Source: Tubulanus polymorphus (taxonomy: Eukaryota > Animalia > Nemertea). Taken from it: DNA of 64,000 bases. Under the pieces are notes generated by a model that was given only the letters and a program-made list of their open reading frames with translations, did not search any database and was not told the DNA's origin. The translations under genes and the position numbers were made by a program. The number at the start of each line of letters is the position of its first letter. Position 1 is the stretch's first letter. The stretch is from NCBI RefSeq assembly GCF_964204645.1, contig NC_134027.1, forward strand, positions 10,820,485 through 10,884,484. The letters run 5' to 3'. Shown in pieces: positions 14,283 to 28,650 of the stretch.

Positions 14283-16180
14283 TTCTTGGCTTCCTAATTT
14301 AATACATGGAGATTTTGGAAAAAGCAATATTACAAGGTTGAAGATCATTTTGTCCATTTTTTTATTTTTTTGGTCTCACCAGTTTTTAGCAGACTATTCT
14401 AGAGGATGGAATTTTCAGTTTTGTGGTAAATTCTGATGTACTCTGAATGAACTGGAGATGATTTTCAATCTAATTATCCAGTCATTTTGTCACAATTAGA
14501 TAAAAAAATATCACTGGTTTAACTTATTGAAATATGTAAGTTCAGTTTATTCTGAAGTAAAACGTATGTTAAGCTAAAATTTAACTCGGTTGCAACTGCA
14601 CTGCAATTAAATTTGGGCCTTGCCAGATAAGGCTGGTGTAAAATGGAACCGTACCCGCTTGACACGGACCAAGTATGATCCGACCAAAATGTCAGACCTA
14701 GGCGCGTGCCAAATTTTGGCACAGGTGAAATCATTCTGTGTGAATGCAAACTGGATCTGGTAGTGACTCGCCTTACTACGGCTTCGTTTTGATAACATGA
14801 GTAATTTATCTTATTAAGCATGAACCAAATATGAATCGGGCCTGGTTGTGGCCGGCTTCCAAAATGGTCTCTCCATCTGAACACAGCTTTGGTTACAAAC
14901 TCATAAATGCACGATTTCTTTCGTAAAATGACAAGAGATCGTTGAATAAGAAGTATCTCCACGCTGCGCTCTGAGGCTTTCAACGAATTTTTAGTTTTAC
15001 CCATTCTATGCGTACTCTAATTAATGAACACTAGTTCATTACGAGAAGTTAAGAAACGGGCATAGAGATTTTTACCATACTACGTGACATGGTTAACATG
15101 GTCTAGATCCACCCCCGAAAGATACATATGCATATCTTTTCAAATACAAATTAATCTTTAGGGTTGCCGGGTGGTGGCCCTAAAGAGATCATTCATTTAT
15201 TAACTACGCTAGAAATTTGACTTTTTCAACCACCCCATCCACCGATGTAAATCGAAAATCGCGCATCTCTTCATATATATAAAGTGTTACATTATAGTTA
15301 TTATTATCATTTATTTCGTCATCAACATTTTATTTTACATGATTCTTTACATAGTATTATTCATTAAAAAAACAAGCATCGGTGACAGGGACTTGGACAG
15401 AGCTATAAAGGCTGTACATCTACATGGGATGTCCAGGCACCTATGATAATGAAATGCAAAAGCAGGGAGAGATTCCAGTACAAGAGATGGTTTTAGTTAT
15501 GAACTATATATCTAACCAAAAATTAGAGCACATAACCCTCCCCTCCCCTAATTCGTACTTAATGAATGAATGACCCCAAAATGCGATGTAGTACAGCTAG
15601 AACTCAGTAGTGGAGCAAAAAGGTTTCCGTTCTTCGTCTCTCGTCAATTCCGTTCTGGCAAACGCAATTTCAGCGTGTCGGTGCTGCCTCGTCCTCCTAT
15701 CTACATCCATCACGTTACTTTAGCTGATGATCGAATCATTCTCATAACAAATTCAATCAACAGTGAAATGGTTCGCTTTTGAGACCTATCAACTCGTATT
15801 CGTTTCAGTTAACCGCTAGGCTCCTGTGATTCGAGAACGAGGAATCTATTTCCCGGCCCGGTGTCTCTGTAGCCCTGTTATTGTCGCGCAGTGGAACCTC
15901 ATTATCAGTAATTACAAACCTAGATACTCGCCCCCGGAATACGACAGTTTTACTCATTTAATACCGGGTATAACGAACTATCGGTTATAACGAATAACAT
16001 ATTTTCTCGTCCCCTGAAGTTCGTCGTTACGAGGTACCGCTGTACTATGCTTCATTACGGTGAGAGAGTCCTTGACATACCTCGATATGCGCGAGCATTC
16101 TTCATGTGAACTGATAGATCATTCACCCGCATGAAAAAAAGAAACCCACGAGTGATGGTTGTTGGATTCAGATACCGCAA

Positions 16181-16418
16181 AGCCGCGATCGCGCGAGCAC
16201 AAATTTGGCACGTTTTAGGCCAATTTAGGCTCAGAACAACTGTTGGTATGGGTGTTAAATGTACCCGTACCCCACTTCGCTTTGTTTAAGCATTGTCTAG
16301 TATCGAGTGAGTGGTTTGTGTGTGAGCGCGCTCTCTAATTAGGCACGGGCCAAATTTAACTCTGCCCTAATCCCTGCCAATTCGGGCCAGGCCAAATCGT
16401 CTCTGTGTAATCGTGGCT
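16181..16418. mobile_element. MITE family A copy (internally deleted)
   Basis: AGCCGCGATCGCGC...GTGTAATCGTGGCT termini. Confidence 0.75.
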
Positions 16419-18898
16419 TATTGGCCAGCTGCAATCTAGTTATCACGCTAGATGGCATAACGAGCTCTCAGTTTTACTTTGTCTAAATAAGTTCATGTTC
16501 AATGAACTTTAAACTGTATTTTTAGGCTCCGTCATCACAGCACCAACTGAATATACATCAAATTCATTTTTTCTACTCAAAGATTGGTATAGTTATTATA
16601 GTATAGCTTTTTTATTAATGATTGAGTTATTCAAAGATATTAGATATTAAAGATATATAGAAAAATATTTCATATACAAAGATATACAGAAGTCCATTTC
16701 AACTTCAGAAGAAAATTTGGATGCAGAAGACCGAGTAACTATGAGCGAACATGGCGGATCCTCGCCTGCCATTGGTGGAAACCTCGATCGCCGCCGAAGC
16801 GTTGGCAGCTCGGAATTCTGTAATGACACTGCGCGACAGAAAGACGAAGCTCGCGTTTCTAACGGCCCGCAAAACGGCTAACGACTTCCGGCCCTGGTGG
16901 ATAAATATTCGATTAAGAAGGCTTTGAAAATCCCCGATAATCACATGGCGCTACCCGCCATCAGTTTCACAAATGAAATGATTCGTCTGTCAAATCTGTT
17001 ATATTTGATTGATGTATTAAATTAATCTGTGTGTAAACCTTGCACAGCTGTTGCACTCTTGATAATAGTATCTTGATCGTACCCCTGTACATAGTTTTTC
17101 TCGGGTGAACGGCGGAATCGCTTGGCCTGTAAATTTTATGAGAAATTTATGTTTTGGTTGGATAAATATCGATGGCGATCTGGTAGTTAGCGACGACAAT
17201 ATAATGGAGTCAGTCAGGAGTCGGGCCTTATCCATTCACCTGTTCGAAAGGCGGTGATGATAAAATGCCATATGTTTAGCGTAGAACAAAACCGCAACAT
17301 TTCGACTGTTGACTAACATTCATTCCACTTGAAAATTTTTTTGGAAATACAATCGTGCTTTTATTTTTAGATAACAAATACTTAGATACATGAAGTACAT
17401 TGCATGGTTCCCACAGAACAGGGAAATTGGGAAAAACTTGGGAATTTTGAAATAATAACTCCCGGTTTGGAAATATTTGGGAATTTGAAAAAATTTCCTC
17501 AAATCAGGGAAATACTTGGGAAATTCATTACATTTCACATATTGCATTTGCCGAGGGCAACTTTCTTCAGCTATATCCCTTGAAAATTACCTTTATCAAC
17601 CAGTCACCGCTAAAATGCTGACTGTTGAATGACGATATGTGTTCATTTCCATTTGGGAAAATTGAATACTCACCCATGAAATACTTGGGAAAGACTTGGG
17701 AATTTAAATTCATATAACTGTAGGAACAATGTACATTATTAGCAATACCCTGTCAATACAATCTTATTTAAGTCAGGCAAGATATAGTAATATTGTAAAA
17801 TATAGGAATACCAAAGAGTGGAACAAATTTGAATTTTGGCATGTTAATTGTTGATGGCTGTTGGTCAACAGCCGAGAAACGTTGTGGTTTCGTTTAGATA
17901 AATTCTAGTTCTATTTGGGGGACACTTCTTGATTCAATTGCCCAATGGTATTTCGGAAACGACACATTTTAGAAGGCTACGCATCTGTTTGAAAAGTTGC
18001 CTACTTCAATATATATAGCTCAATCGCTTATCAAACGTTATTTACATCTAAGATAATCAATTTTGTTGCATTAAGACGTAATTTTGCTTCTCAATCACCG
18101 CGTTCAAGGGTTGGAAAGACGAAAATGTTCGCCGCCTCGAGCTATGAATTAATACCAATAATCCAAATTTCTCAAGAGTTTCTCATTGCGACTTGTTCGC
18201 CTGTGGACGGAGTTTCTAGCGCTGCAGTCAGGCGTGTTAATTTAGAGGTGAATACAAAACCAGCTAGACTGTATTCGAGATAATTCCGGACTCGCGGTCG
18301 CATTCGCGGGAATCTGTTCTCGGAAAATACGAAGAGAAACTACATTAGTTTGGACGAAGATACGATGTTAGTTTGGGCGATCTTCTCCGTAACATACAAC
18401 AGTAAATACATGAGAAATGAAAGGGAAAAAATCTGGGAGTTAGTTGACCCTTGGCCATCTGGACTACTACTTGGCACTGCGTCTTGTTAGTAACTAGACA
18501 ATCCTTATAACTAGACATTAGGGAATGAATGCGAGATATGACACATCCGAATGTTGATGATGTGGAATAATTTTCTAGTGAGGTAACACAGCCACAGGGT
18601 GCAATAAGGAAGGCCCCCGTTATTTATTAAGTGCAACCGTCTGTAATGATTGCTACATTAGATCATTATGAGTAGTCGGTTCTCTCCGGAGTTGAACTCT
18701 CGAAGGTAACAGCCGTCAGGCTAGCTGATTCTCCTCGCGCTGTCACGACGACAACGGAGTCAACCTCGCCGGATCGAATATATCAAACGGAATACGAATG
18801 AACTCGTTGACGTTTTAGGAATACGATCGCCGCTTACCGTTTCGAGAATTCCGAAAGACGCCGCAGTGTTAAACTGACCGTATTTCTTAGAGTCTTTA

Positions 18899-19203
18899 AG
18901 CCGTGATTACGCGGAGAAGATTTTGCCCGGGCCAAATGGGTACGGAACAGGCTCGAGCCAAATTTGGCCCGTGCCTCATTAGAGAGCCTGTTCACACGCA
19001 AACCACTCATTCGATACTTTACAAATAAAGCGAAGTGGATCATTTCCAGTACCAGTTGCAATTCAAACGCAATCATCTGTCTCGTGCTGAACTTTGGCTC
19101 GGGCCTGGTCCGACGTTTTTGGTCAGGCCAAACAAGCTCGGGCCCATTTGGCACCCATGCGAACAGTTGTTCCCGGGCCAAGAATGCTTGTGCGATCACG
19201 GCT
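18899..19203. mobile_element. MITE family A copy
   Basis: AGCCGTGATTACGC...GTGCGATCACGGCT termini and the shared core. Confidence 0.8.
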
Positions 19204-20104
19204 TTACTAAGAGCTGACTGGTTCTTCGATTTACTTAGATAAGATCAATACGCCCAAGTACCGCCTAATTTGATTTACTTAGAGAATCAATTTTCCTCTT
19301 TCTTTGCTTCACTTTTATCTCATTGATTACAGCTTTTTCGGTCATATATTTTAACCTTTCCCTTGATATGAAAAGTCACTTAATTCGAGTGTCCCCCCCC
19401 CCCCCCCCCCCGATTTTCAAAAACGTTCGTTTATTTCGATTCGGTTGTTTTGAAGCAGTGGAACTGGTGAAAATATGTTCTGGTTACAATTGGCAATAAA
19501 CAGGGATTACCGGCACACCAGATATCCCACCAGATGGCACCACTAAAAAATGTCAGAAACTACTTCATTTTCGATTAACTTCGATCTAGATTGTAAGCCT
19601 TCCACGTATTATACAAAGTCTCGTGTCTTAATGTATAGGAGTAATACTTGACATTCAGGATTCATATATGTATTTGTAATCAATCAGTTCAAAAAATCAG
19701 TAAAGTAAGAAATTGTTGTACCTGGGGAAAGATAATTATAGAAATTATAAGCTTGAATTATAATTTTCCACGCATTTCTCGGATAAAGCAGCCATTTCAA
19801 AGGCCTCTCGTGGGATCCCACCCTTGGTTTTGATATATTTTTGAAGAAAACATCCTAAAAGATGCCGCAATTTTAAAAAAAATGAGTGTCAAGTTTGCAA
19901 ACTATGTCTTGGCGAAAAGGGCACTCCCTAAATCCGCCCGTGTGTACCTGGCAGCCACAGTGTTGACAGTACCCCATTATTTCATTTCAAATGAATATGT
20001 TGCTTTCCGGATATAGATAATGGCACGATCGAACTCTTAGGAGTACTGGAAAAAGGTTGTGCATTATTTTCTCATCAGCGATTTGAACATTCTCTGATTT
20101 GCAG

Positions 20105-23100
20105 GACGATGAATATGACACGGACAGCGAAACCGATAGCGAAATTTCCATGGAAGATGAAGAATCAGTACATTCATCGGATGAGGAACAGGAAGAAATG
20201 GAAGAGGTAAGAGATATGGAGAAGCGATAGAACGCGCAATATTACCATAATTGAATATGATTAGATTTATCTGTTCTTTAAAGAAAAAGGTGTGTTTTAA
20301 AAATATTTCATTAGCATAATGGATTTCCGCAGATCTGACTACTACCAACTACACTTCGAGAGCAGCTGCTACTCTTCTTAAGGATTCATTTGTAGTTTTT
20401 TAGCTCAACTATTATTATGTCGAATTTCTCCCATTTTCATTTAAAACTATTGACAAGTAGTCAGTTCTGAAAATGTACGTATGCGTGTTGTTGCTGTAAT
20501 GTTTCGTTGCATTAAGTTCAATGGATGTTGTGTTGATTTGGTTTTAACATTCATCGGCGGTCTTATTTACTTGTTACTTACTTAGATAAGTGAAACCATG
20601 TTTTCATAATGAAGCAGTTGCCTCCTAATGGACAGTACTTATCTCTGCTTCGGTAAAACAATCGATATGGCCGCAACCTTGGAACGTCCATTACGAAAAA
20701 AATAAATTCAAAGGATCAGAAAATTTGCTTTTCTACCAGTAGGAACTTTATTTGTTACATCAAATAGATTGTTACCAGTTACCAAATCTGCTGATAATGT
20801 AGTGTTCAATTTAAAGCCATGTTCCCAGCTTCCAGTCCCAGGATTGGAGATCCACAGGTTAACTATCAAAATATGACACACAGTTATGTTATTAGTGAGC
20901 TAAGCTTTCATCCTTACCGGAGTAGGGTAATTAATTATTCCTTTCTTTAGGTACTGTATTAGGCAGGAATATCAAAGGAAATACATATGAGAAAATCTGA
21001 AAGTTCGCATCTGTGGCTTTTACAGGAGTTGGCATCTGCCTATGTAGTCTTAGAATCATGCCCTTGTTTGTGGTCATTAGCCCATCAATTATCTTCATAT
21101 TTCCGGTTTACCGAAATGAAATACTCCTCAGTCGCTCAGTGATTATTCATTAGATGACTCGATGAACTCTTCTTATGTTTGTTGTCCGTGTTCGGGGTTA
21201 AAACTTGTCCATGGACGACATCTCCGTACTGACCGGTAATTGACCCCCTTCGCTCGATCTCGAACTAAACTACATCAGCGGCCTATTATTGAATAATCCG
21301 ACCGGATCTTTTAAACATCAGCGTTGACGAAAACGGATAACCGAGTTTTCTTGTTACAGGTTGCAGTCGGCGATGGTAACAAGGATGAACAGTACGATGC
21401 AAACGTTGATATGGAAGCTGAATTCAATATGTACGTATTGTACGATGACTTGTGTGAAATTTAAGCCAAAGACTCATCGCGACTTTCCATGTGGCCGCCA
21501 GTGAATATCACGGGAAGACCTGTAGACCTACGTACAGTAGTACATAACCTTGTGACACCAGTTGCAATAAGTTACACATGTCCTACTCTCTCCGACCATC
21601 TCTCCCAATCCCAACCGACATAAACTGCTCTTTGACAATGACTAGTTGTACATTGTCACTTCTGACCTAAGCACCCATGTGCGACCAGTTGTAACCGATT
21701 AGGTCGCAAGCATTTGCTAGTCGACCTACACCTGCCTTAAGGGGGTTATTCGTATTAGAAAAAAGAACTACATCTTCTAGAAGTACTTGTACTTATCTCA
21801 AAGCATAGCGCACACAGCAAGAAGTAAACATGAAATAGCGACGTTATTCTCGGTTGCACCAAAATCTAGAGGCACTATTTAGCTCAATGCTGTTTGCCAA
21901 AACAAAGATGTTGGTTTCATAAAACAATAATCATCATTTCTATTGCTGTTTGTGATGTTTTCTGATTTACCAAGCGCAAGAAGTGAACACCCAGTTCTAA
22001 GACCGGCCAACGTATTTCCTAAACGCATACCATCATGGAAGCACGTTTCTTGTGGCAACAATTTATAATTTAGGAGTACTTGTATAGGGTATTTATAAGG
22101 TCCTAACGCTGCCACAATGTTATTCAAGGTTAGAAAAATATAAAGCTGCCAGAATGGATCAGATGTTCCCGGATGAGGTCGATACACCACAAACGGTTCA
22201 AGCGAAAGAACGATTTGCTCGGTAAGCACTTATCATCGCAGAAAAAAAATGATGAATTTTATGCCTCGTAAAACTCGCATTTTCATAATTTCACGTTTTC
22301 ATATTTTCTTTCAGTTATCGAGGTTTGAAAAGTTTCCGCACTTCTCCGTGGGATCCGAAAGAGAATTTGCCGACAGAATATGCTCGCATTTTCCAGTTCG
22401 AGCATTTCGTGCGCACGAAACGCAGAATCCTCGCCGAACAAAGAGAAGAAGGAGCTCTGGTATGAGATATCATATGGATTATAACCTCTTAATTGTTAGC
22501 GCTTCTTATAGATTAAGTCCAATTACTTAAGCTCTGAAATCGCAAATCAAATCAAGGCTCAATTTATACAGTTCTAGAGAGTATCATCTCAGGATACTAG
22601 ATCCTCCATTGTTAGTATTCCGCGTCAAAGTTCAGTATCTCAGTTCGCCTTTGATTCGAGTTTCTTATCAAGGGAACGCAGGAATGAATTGAATTAAGCA
22701 TCTTCAAATGGGGGAAATTTCTTGTTAACTGTCAGAAGTCTCATTTCGACTTTGAGTATCGCAACAAAAACCCAAAATTCCTTGAGGTACCGGGATACTG
22801 CCTAAAATTGAACCGCTGAATATTTAACGAAATATGTCTCAATTTGCAGCCTGGATGGTATGTAACCATACACGTGAAGGATGTGCCGAAGTCAATGTTC
22901 GGTAAGTTCCTTACTGCCATCTATCTGACTTCAGTTTCATTACTGGCAGAAGACAATGCATCAGTTAGTTGATGAATCTTGTTAGCATATATCAACAAGG
23001 GTACCCACACCACTACTGTGGCAATCAAGGATTCCACGCATGGCAGGCAATGATCCACCAGGTTCGCTAGATAGTTGGTCTTTCGCATCCAATTTCTTCT

Positions 23101-25820
23101 ACATTTCGATTAAAACCGAGTCAACTTTTTTGTGAATCAATTATCAAGTGAATCAATTATCAATGAACTATACTATAAGCATATTTGATTAGAAATTATT
23201 TATTCATTTATTATTTGAGAATTTATTGTATATTTGGTATGTCCAGTGATAATTGATGGATTCGGGAGCCTAAAAATTTGGTTCAAAGTTCATTGAAAAT
23301 GAACTAATTTTGATAACAGAAGACCTACTGCTTGTGGCGCCATCTGGTGGTATAGTTGGTAATGTGGGTTCCCCATTGAAATCAATAATGATCAGCTTAG
23401 TAACCCTAGACCCAGACTTTCCTGTGATCACAGCGATCAGAATATTATTTCATATACGTGGATTACAGATTCTTTGAAACCGAACGATCCCCTGATCGTT
23501 TTCGGATTGCTGCCACACGAGCAGAAGATGTCCGTCGTGCATTTATTGCTGCAACGCCACCCCGACAACAATGAGCCGATCAAATCGAAGGACAGAATGA
23601 TCTTCCACGTCGGTTATCGTAGATTTGCCGCGTGTCCTATCTACTCGGAGCACAGTAACTCGAACAAACACAAGGTGAATTAGCGTTTATACCGCAAGAA
23701 ACTTCCGCTCAAAATTCATCTTCCCTCCCAGCAGAGATTCGAACCTGACGACATCGGGACTGTCAAGGCCAACTTCGGTTATCGGAGTTGGTCGACAGTA
23801 TAGTCGAACTAAGTGAAACCGAATGTTAATTAGTCGGAACTATATTCTGGAAATAGTTCGGATATTAAGCGCATTGGGTTATTAGTTCTGACCACTAGTC
23901 GACTAGAGACGAAAACCGAATTTGGCCCATGGTACGAAACCCCTGGCCAAAAAGCCCCGGTGGGTATGTAGTTGTGCAGCTTGCCAGTACCAATCAAATA
24001 GCCGATTGTATAATCACTTATATACAAATTAGCAATTAGCCTGAGCTAAAATGAAATATTCCTGATTGGCTGATAACAAAATCACAGCAATGCTGGGCAA
24101 CTAATGCTCACTTGGTCTTTTCGGACAGGCTTTTCTTGTACTTATGTAGTCTTGGTGCCATCAAGTTTGAATCTTTGCTAAGGAGGATGCTCCAAATTCA
24201 GGGGCGGAGTTATACCAATGCCACTAAAAAATTGCAACCTATGTTTGAAATTGGTATATGCTACAGTCACAATTGACCTCTGAATCTGCCGGATTACTTA
24301 CCGGTATTTCTCAAATTGAATCTCCGTATCGAATAATTCAACAGTGTAATATGATTCTTGTCTTCTTAGTTTGAACGTTTTCTGAAATCTGACACAACTT
24401 ACGTAGCCACAGTTTATGCACCGATAATATTCCCGCCGGCATCCGTGTTAATGTTTAAAGAAAGATACGACGGTAAGCATCCAGTAAGCTGATCCAAAAC
24501 CAGCTCATAAAGGATGCGCATGAAAGTAAAAAATATGTTTTAATCTAGAAACTTCAAACAGGTCTGCGATTTTTATCTTCAAAATGTATGTAGAATCTCA
24601 ATTTTAGAACTATACCTTAAAAACTGCTGTGAGAGATTTATTTTCCCACTGATCAGAGAGAATCATCACCCAGGACACTGTTGCCAATGGGATCAGCCCA
24701 TGAACCTAGGATTTGATAGAACCAGTGCCTGATGGCTTACACCTACCGGTATCAGTCTCAGGGAGTAATTCATAATTGCAGTATTTTTCTTATCTGTATT
24801 TTAGGGTCTCATACATTGATAGCCACTGGGTCAGTGATGTCTGTAAATCCTGATCGTATTATCACTAAACGTGTTGTGCTCAGTGGTCATCCATTTAAGA
24901 TCAACCGCAAAATGGCCGTTGTACGTTACATGTTCTTCAACAGAGGTATGTCCAGACAATTCGTCATTTAAAAAGGATATTGTTGCTTATTTGCAAGACA
25001 GCATATTATGCGGGTATATGCTGCTTGGAACCACCAGACATTCAATATTTTAGCATAGTCTTGAACACTTTCTGAAAGAAAAATTATATGGTTGTCCTCG
25101 TACAGTATAGTTCCATCTTCAATTGAAAAAGGTTTAAGTGATGTTCTTAACACAGTTGAAAGCTGGTTGATCAGAAATTGGAAGAATGGTGATAAGATTC
25201 GAATGTCTGAGGGAGTGGGTCCGCGCAAGAGATTCATATATCTGCATTTTAGAACTGGAGAGCTACATTCAGTTTATCTTCTAATTAAAAAAACCGCGGT
25301 AATTGGTGATTAAACCTGGATTTTTCCTTCATTTTTCTAGATGACATCAGCTGGTTTAAACCAGTTGAACTGCATACTAAATATGGTCGCAGAGGACATA
25401 TCAAAGAACCACTAGGTATGTAATTTCGGGAAACTAATTAAATCTAAGAATTCAGCTTCTCACAGTGATGACCTACTCTATATCTCGGAAACCACTATAG
25501 TTTTGAATTATTGATATTTATCATTTCAATCCTAGCGAGTAAAGCTTTGTTTAACGTATGATGTTACTTAACATGTCTTCTGTGAAGATTTTGTTTCACT
25601 TTCGTTCTTATTTCTTTTAGGTACGCACGGCCATATGAAATGTGTTTTCGACGCGCAGTTGAAATCTCAGGATACAGTTCTGATGAATCTGTATAAACGC
25701 ATGTATCCGAAATGGACTTACGACCCGTACATTGTGGCTCCACCTGCCAGTACTGGCACCGGTAGATCCGAAGAAGAAGAACTGATGCATGAAGAAGCCA
25801 TGAAAGAACTGTTCGACTAA
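20105..25820 (+). CDS. TSR1: Pre-rRNA-processing protein TSR1, 3' part (10 exons; 5' exons not found in window)
   Basis: GT-AG exons at 20105-20206, 21360-21430, 22129-22221, 22315-22459, 22850-22901, 23469-23674, 24370-24472, 24805-24945, 25341-25415 and 25621-25820 splice in frame. They encode [80 protein letters not shown] and LYKRMYPKW, all hallmark TSR1 segments. AATAAA lies at ~25917. Confidence 0.96.
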
Positions 25821-25979
25821 TTCAATGAAATAGATTTGCAAATACATTCAAAAAGGTCATGTTCGTTTGGCTGAGGAAGTCAACTAACTCTTCCGTTGAT
25901 TCTATCATCTCAATCAAATAAAGTAAACCTCGCCTTACTTGCACTTTTGACTCACTTGGACAAAAAATGACATTATTTT

Positions 25980-26699
25980 TCTGGCTTCCTAACGTATTTT
26001 CCTATCACTTACTCAGACTTCGCTTACATCGGACCAATTTTGCCAAGCTTGTCTGATGTGAGGTTTACTGTAGATACCATCAAAATGGCTTAGCCCAGAA
26101 AATAGGTCTTATATAGAATTTTGTATGTGCAATGTATATTTGAAATCGCTATGTGTGTATCTCGTAATGACATGGATGTACATGTTCTATGTATTGTATA
26201 TATACAGTAGACTCTGCTCGCCTCAGATTCTTGCAGGACCAATGAATTTTTTCCGAGGAGAGCGAATTCCCGGGGCTGATGCGGCGACGCATCTGGCTTC
26301 CTAACGTATTTTCCTATCACTAACTCAGACTTCGCTTACATCAGACCAATTTTGCCAAGCTTGTCTGATGCGAGGTTTACTGTAGATACCATCAAAATGG
26401 CTTAGCCCAGAAAATAGGTCTTATATAGAAATCTGCTAACAGTTTTCTCAGCTTTGGACGATGCCATTATTGAATCGAATTGGCCGAGTCACAAACCTGT
26501 TCACTGGGTGATGACTGAGATTCCCGAGTTTCCAATTGAATGACGGAGCCAGTTGAGCAGCAGACCGAACAAATTTCTCCGTCTCCCAAATGAACATGGC
26601 TGATTTTTTATGTGCAATGTATATTTGAAATCGCTATATGTGTATCTCGTAATGACATGGATGTACATGTTCTATGTATTGTATATATACAGTAGACTC
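25980..26699. repeat. local tandem duplication with internal deletion (A-B...A-C-B)
   Basis: Block A at ~25980-26118 and ~26292-26430; block B at ~26119-26214 and ~26604-26699. Block C (~26431-26603) is present only in the second copy. Confidence 0.88.
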
Positions 26700-28094
26700 A
26701 GAGCATAAATTGCATAGTACAGTAAACCCCCGATATACCCCCGGGGTTGACTGTATAAAGAATTTCAAAATTTTCAACCAGGGAATGCGATAATCTAAGG
26801 CAGTCTGTTATAATTCATGATCCATTAACGTTTAGATTACCGTAGCGCGTAGTGTATTCGGTTCCGATCTATTTTTAGAAAAATAAAACCATAAGGCAGC
26901 AGTTCTGAATTTTGACATGAATTACCTTGAATGTAAGGGTCATTAGGCCCTCATTCCCTTTCTAGATATGAGCTAGTTTATCATCCTATAAAAAATGATT
27001 TTCTTATAGCGTTTGTAAATGTTGTCGTAAGATACTTCAATCTGTTGTCTCGTTCATGATTTTAAAAGATTTCGAAGTAATGGGTGATGATTTTTTTAAG
27101 TAGCATATCGATGCCTTATACAATGTATTAGTATTCTGAATATTTTTTAAACTGATTATGTTTAATTGAATTACATGCAGTGAAGTGTAGCTTGAAATAG
27201 AAAAAAAATGAAAGTTTAATTTTCTAATCGTGTTTTATCGGTGTAAAAACGTTGTGAAATTCTAGAAATGACCTTTGTGTTCTTATACTTACACTTATAT
27301 ACCCTAATTTTCGGTGGCCGTGTAACCAATGAAATATATCTTTTCGTAGTGAAAAAAATATCTACTCCGTGTTTTTCATCTATGTTTTTATAGCTGTGGA
27401 GTACTCGGTACATGTATTGTTCGTCGTTGGTTGACTCGCGATTAAGTGATTGTGACTTCTTGCAAAAGATGGGCTGCAAATGATCACAGTGACCAAGAGT
27501 CTAGAAAACCAGGGGCGGATACAGAGCTTTTATATTGAGCACCCGATGAAAATGGCAATGATTATCAAGAAGGGGCATTATCCACGAGTAGCGAGCCCAG
27601 AAGGCGGGAGCCATAAGAGGAGGCCCTTCCCTAAAAATGAACCCCTGCACAGATGCATATTCCAAGGATTTGAGCTTCTTTCAACGGAGAAGAATATGTT
27701 AGGAGCCTTTGTACGTCCTCAGATGGTACCGAATTTTTGACAGGAAAGATTTTCGGGGTCAAACTGAAAATCTAGTGGGTAGCACATGCCCCAGTGCTAC
27801 CTTCTGGATCCGCGCCTGAAAACGGAGGGTAATTATTCTCAGGTGTTATAGCTCCGACAGAAATGATTAGTAAATATTCCATGGTATCAAAGACTGAGCA
27901 GCTGAGTACAGACCTGTACGTTTTATTCTGCAGATTGAGAACAGAATTTGTGTTACAGTATTTCATATACAGTGAGAATACGCTTAATTCGGATCGTTTG
28001 AGCCATCCCGGTTTACGGTAAATCCGGATTAAAAGTCATTTCTAGTACATCAATAATAATTTTAATAATAATAATAATTTCTATAATAATGAAC

Positions 28095-28650
28095 AATGAA
28101 CAAATGGGCCGCAATTGAAACAACCAATGATGCCATTTTGAAGGGTCTTGAACGTCGATCTAGACTAAATGTTGAAAACGGCAGATGTTCTGCTTAACCC
28201 ATTAGCACTCAGGCCCCAGTTTCACAAAAAGGTTTAACTCTTAAATCGATTTAATTTCTTTATTTATTCAGTTTATCTTAAATCGATTTAGGCCTTAATC
28301 CCTTCTGTGAAACTGGGCCCAGGGCCCAGTTTCACATAAAGGATTAAGGCCTAAATCGATTTAAGATAAACTGAATTAATGAAGAAATTAAATCGATTTA
28401 AGTGATAAACCTTTCTGTGAAACTGGGCCCAGGACTAAATTTCACTATGTAGTGTCAAATACTCCTCAGAAAATTCAAGGGAATATCCAAGTTCATCACG
28501 ATACCGAATACCTCATTTGCTGTTTATTTCCACGCATTACAAGTCCGTGTCATTTTGTATTAAATAGTCAAGGCTTCTGCTTAAAGTTACATACGTACAA
28601 TTATTTTACTAACAGCATTACTATTTTGCCAACAATCTAAATCCTAACCC
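28095..28650 (-). mobile_element. diverged LTR relic related to the LTR at 51417-52176, interrupted by an insertion
   Basis: GATGCCATTTTGAAGGGTCTTGAACGTCGATCTAGACTAAATGT...GCAGATGTTCTGC (28129-28193) and TAAAGTTACAT...AACAGCATTACTATTTTGCCAA (28582-28632) match contiguous LTR sequence at ~52043-52160. Confidence 0.8.
28212..28430. mobile_element. two ~109-bp MITEs in inverted orientation forming a ~220-bp palindrome
   Basis: Each unit has GGCCCAGTTTCACA...TGTGAAACTGGGCC TIRs. Unit 2 (28322-28430) is nearly the reverse complement of unit 1 (28212-28320). Confidence 0.88.

Noticed and set aside
488-19833. many 60-160 aa ORFs in the first 20 kb
   Set aside because: Many have non-ATG starts or overlap MITEs, and none shows a recognisable domain or consistent splice chain.
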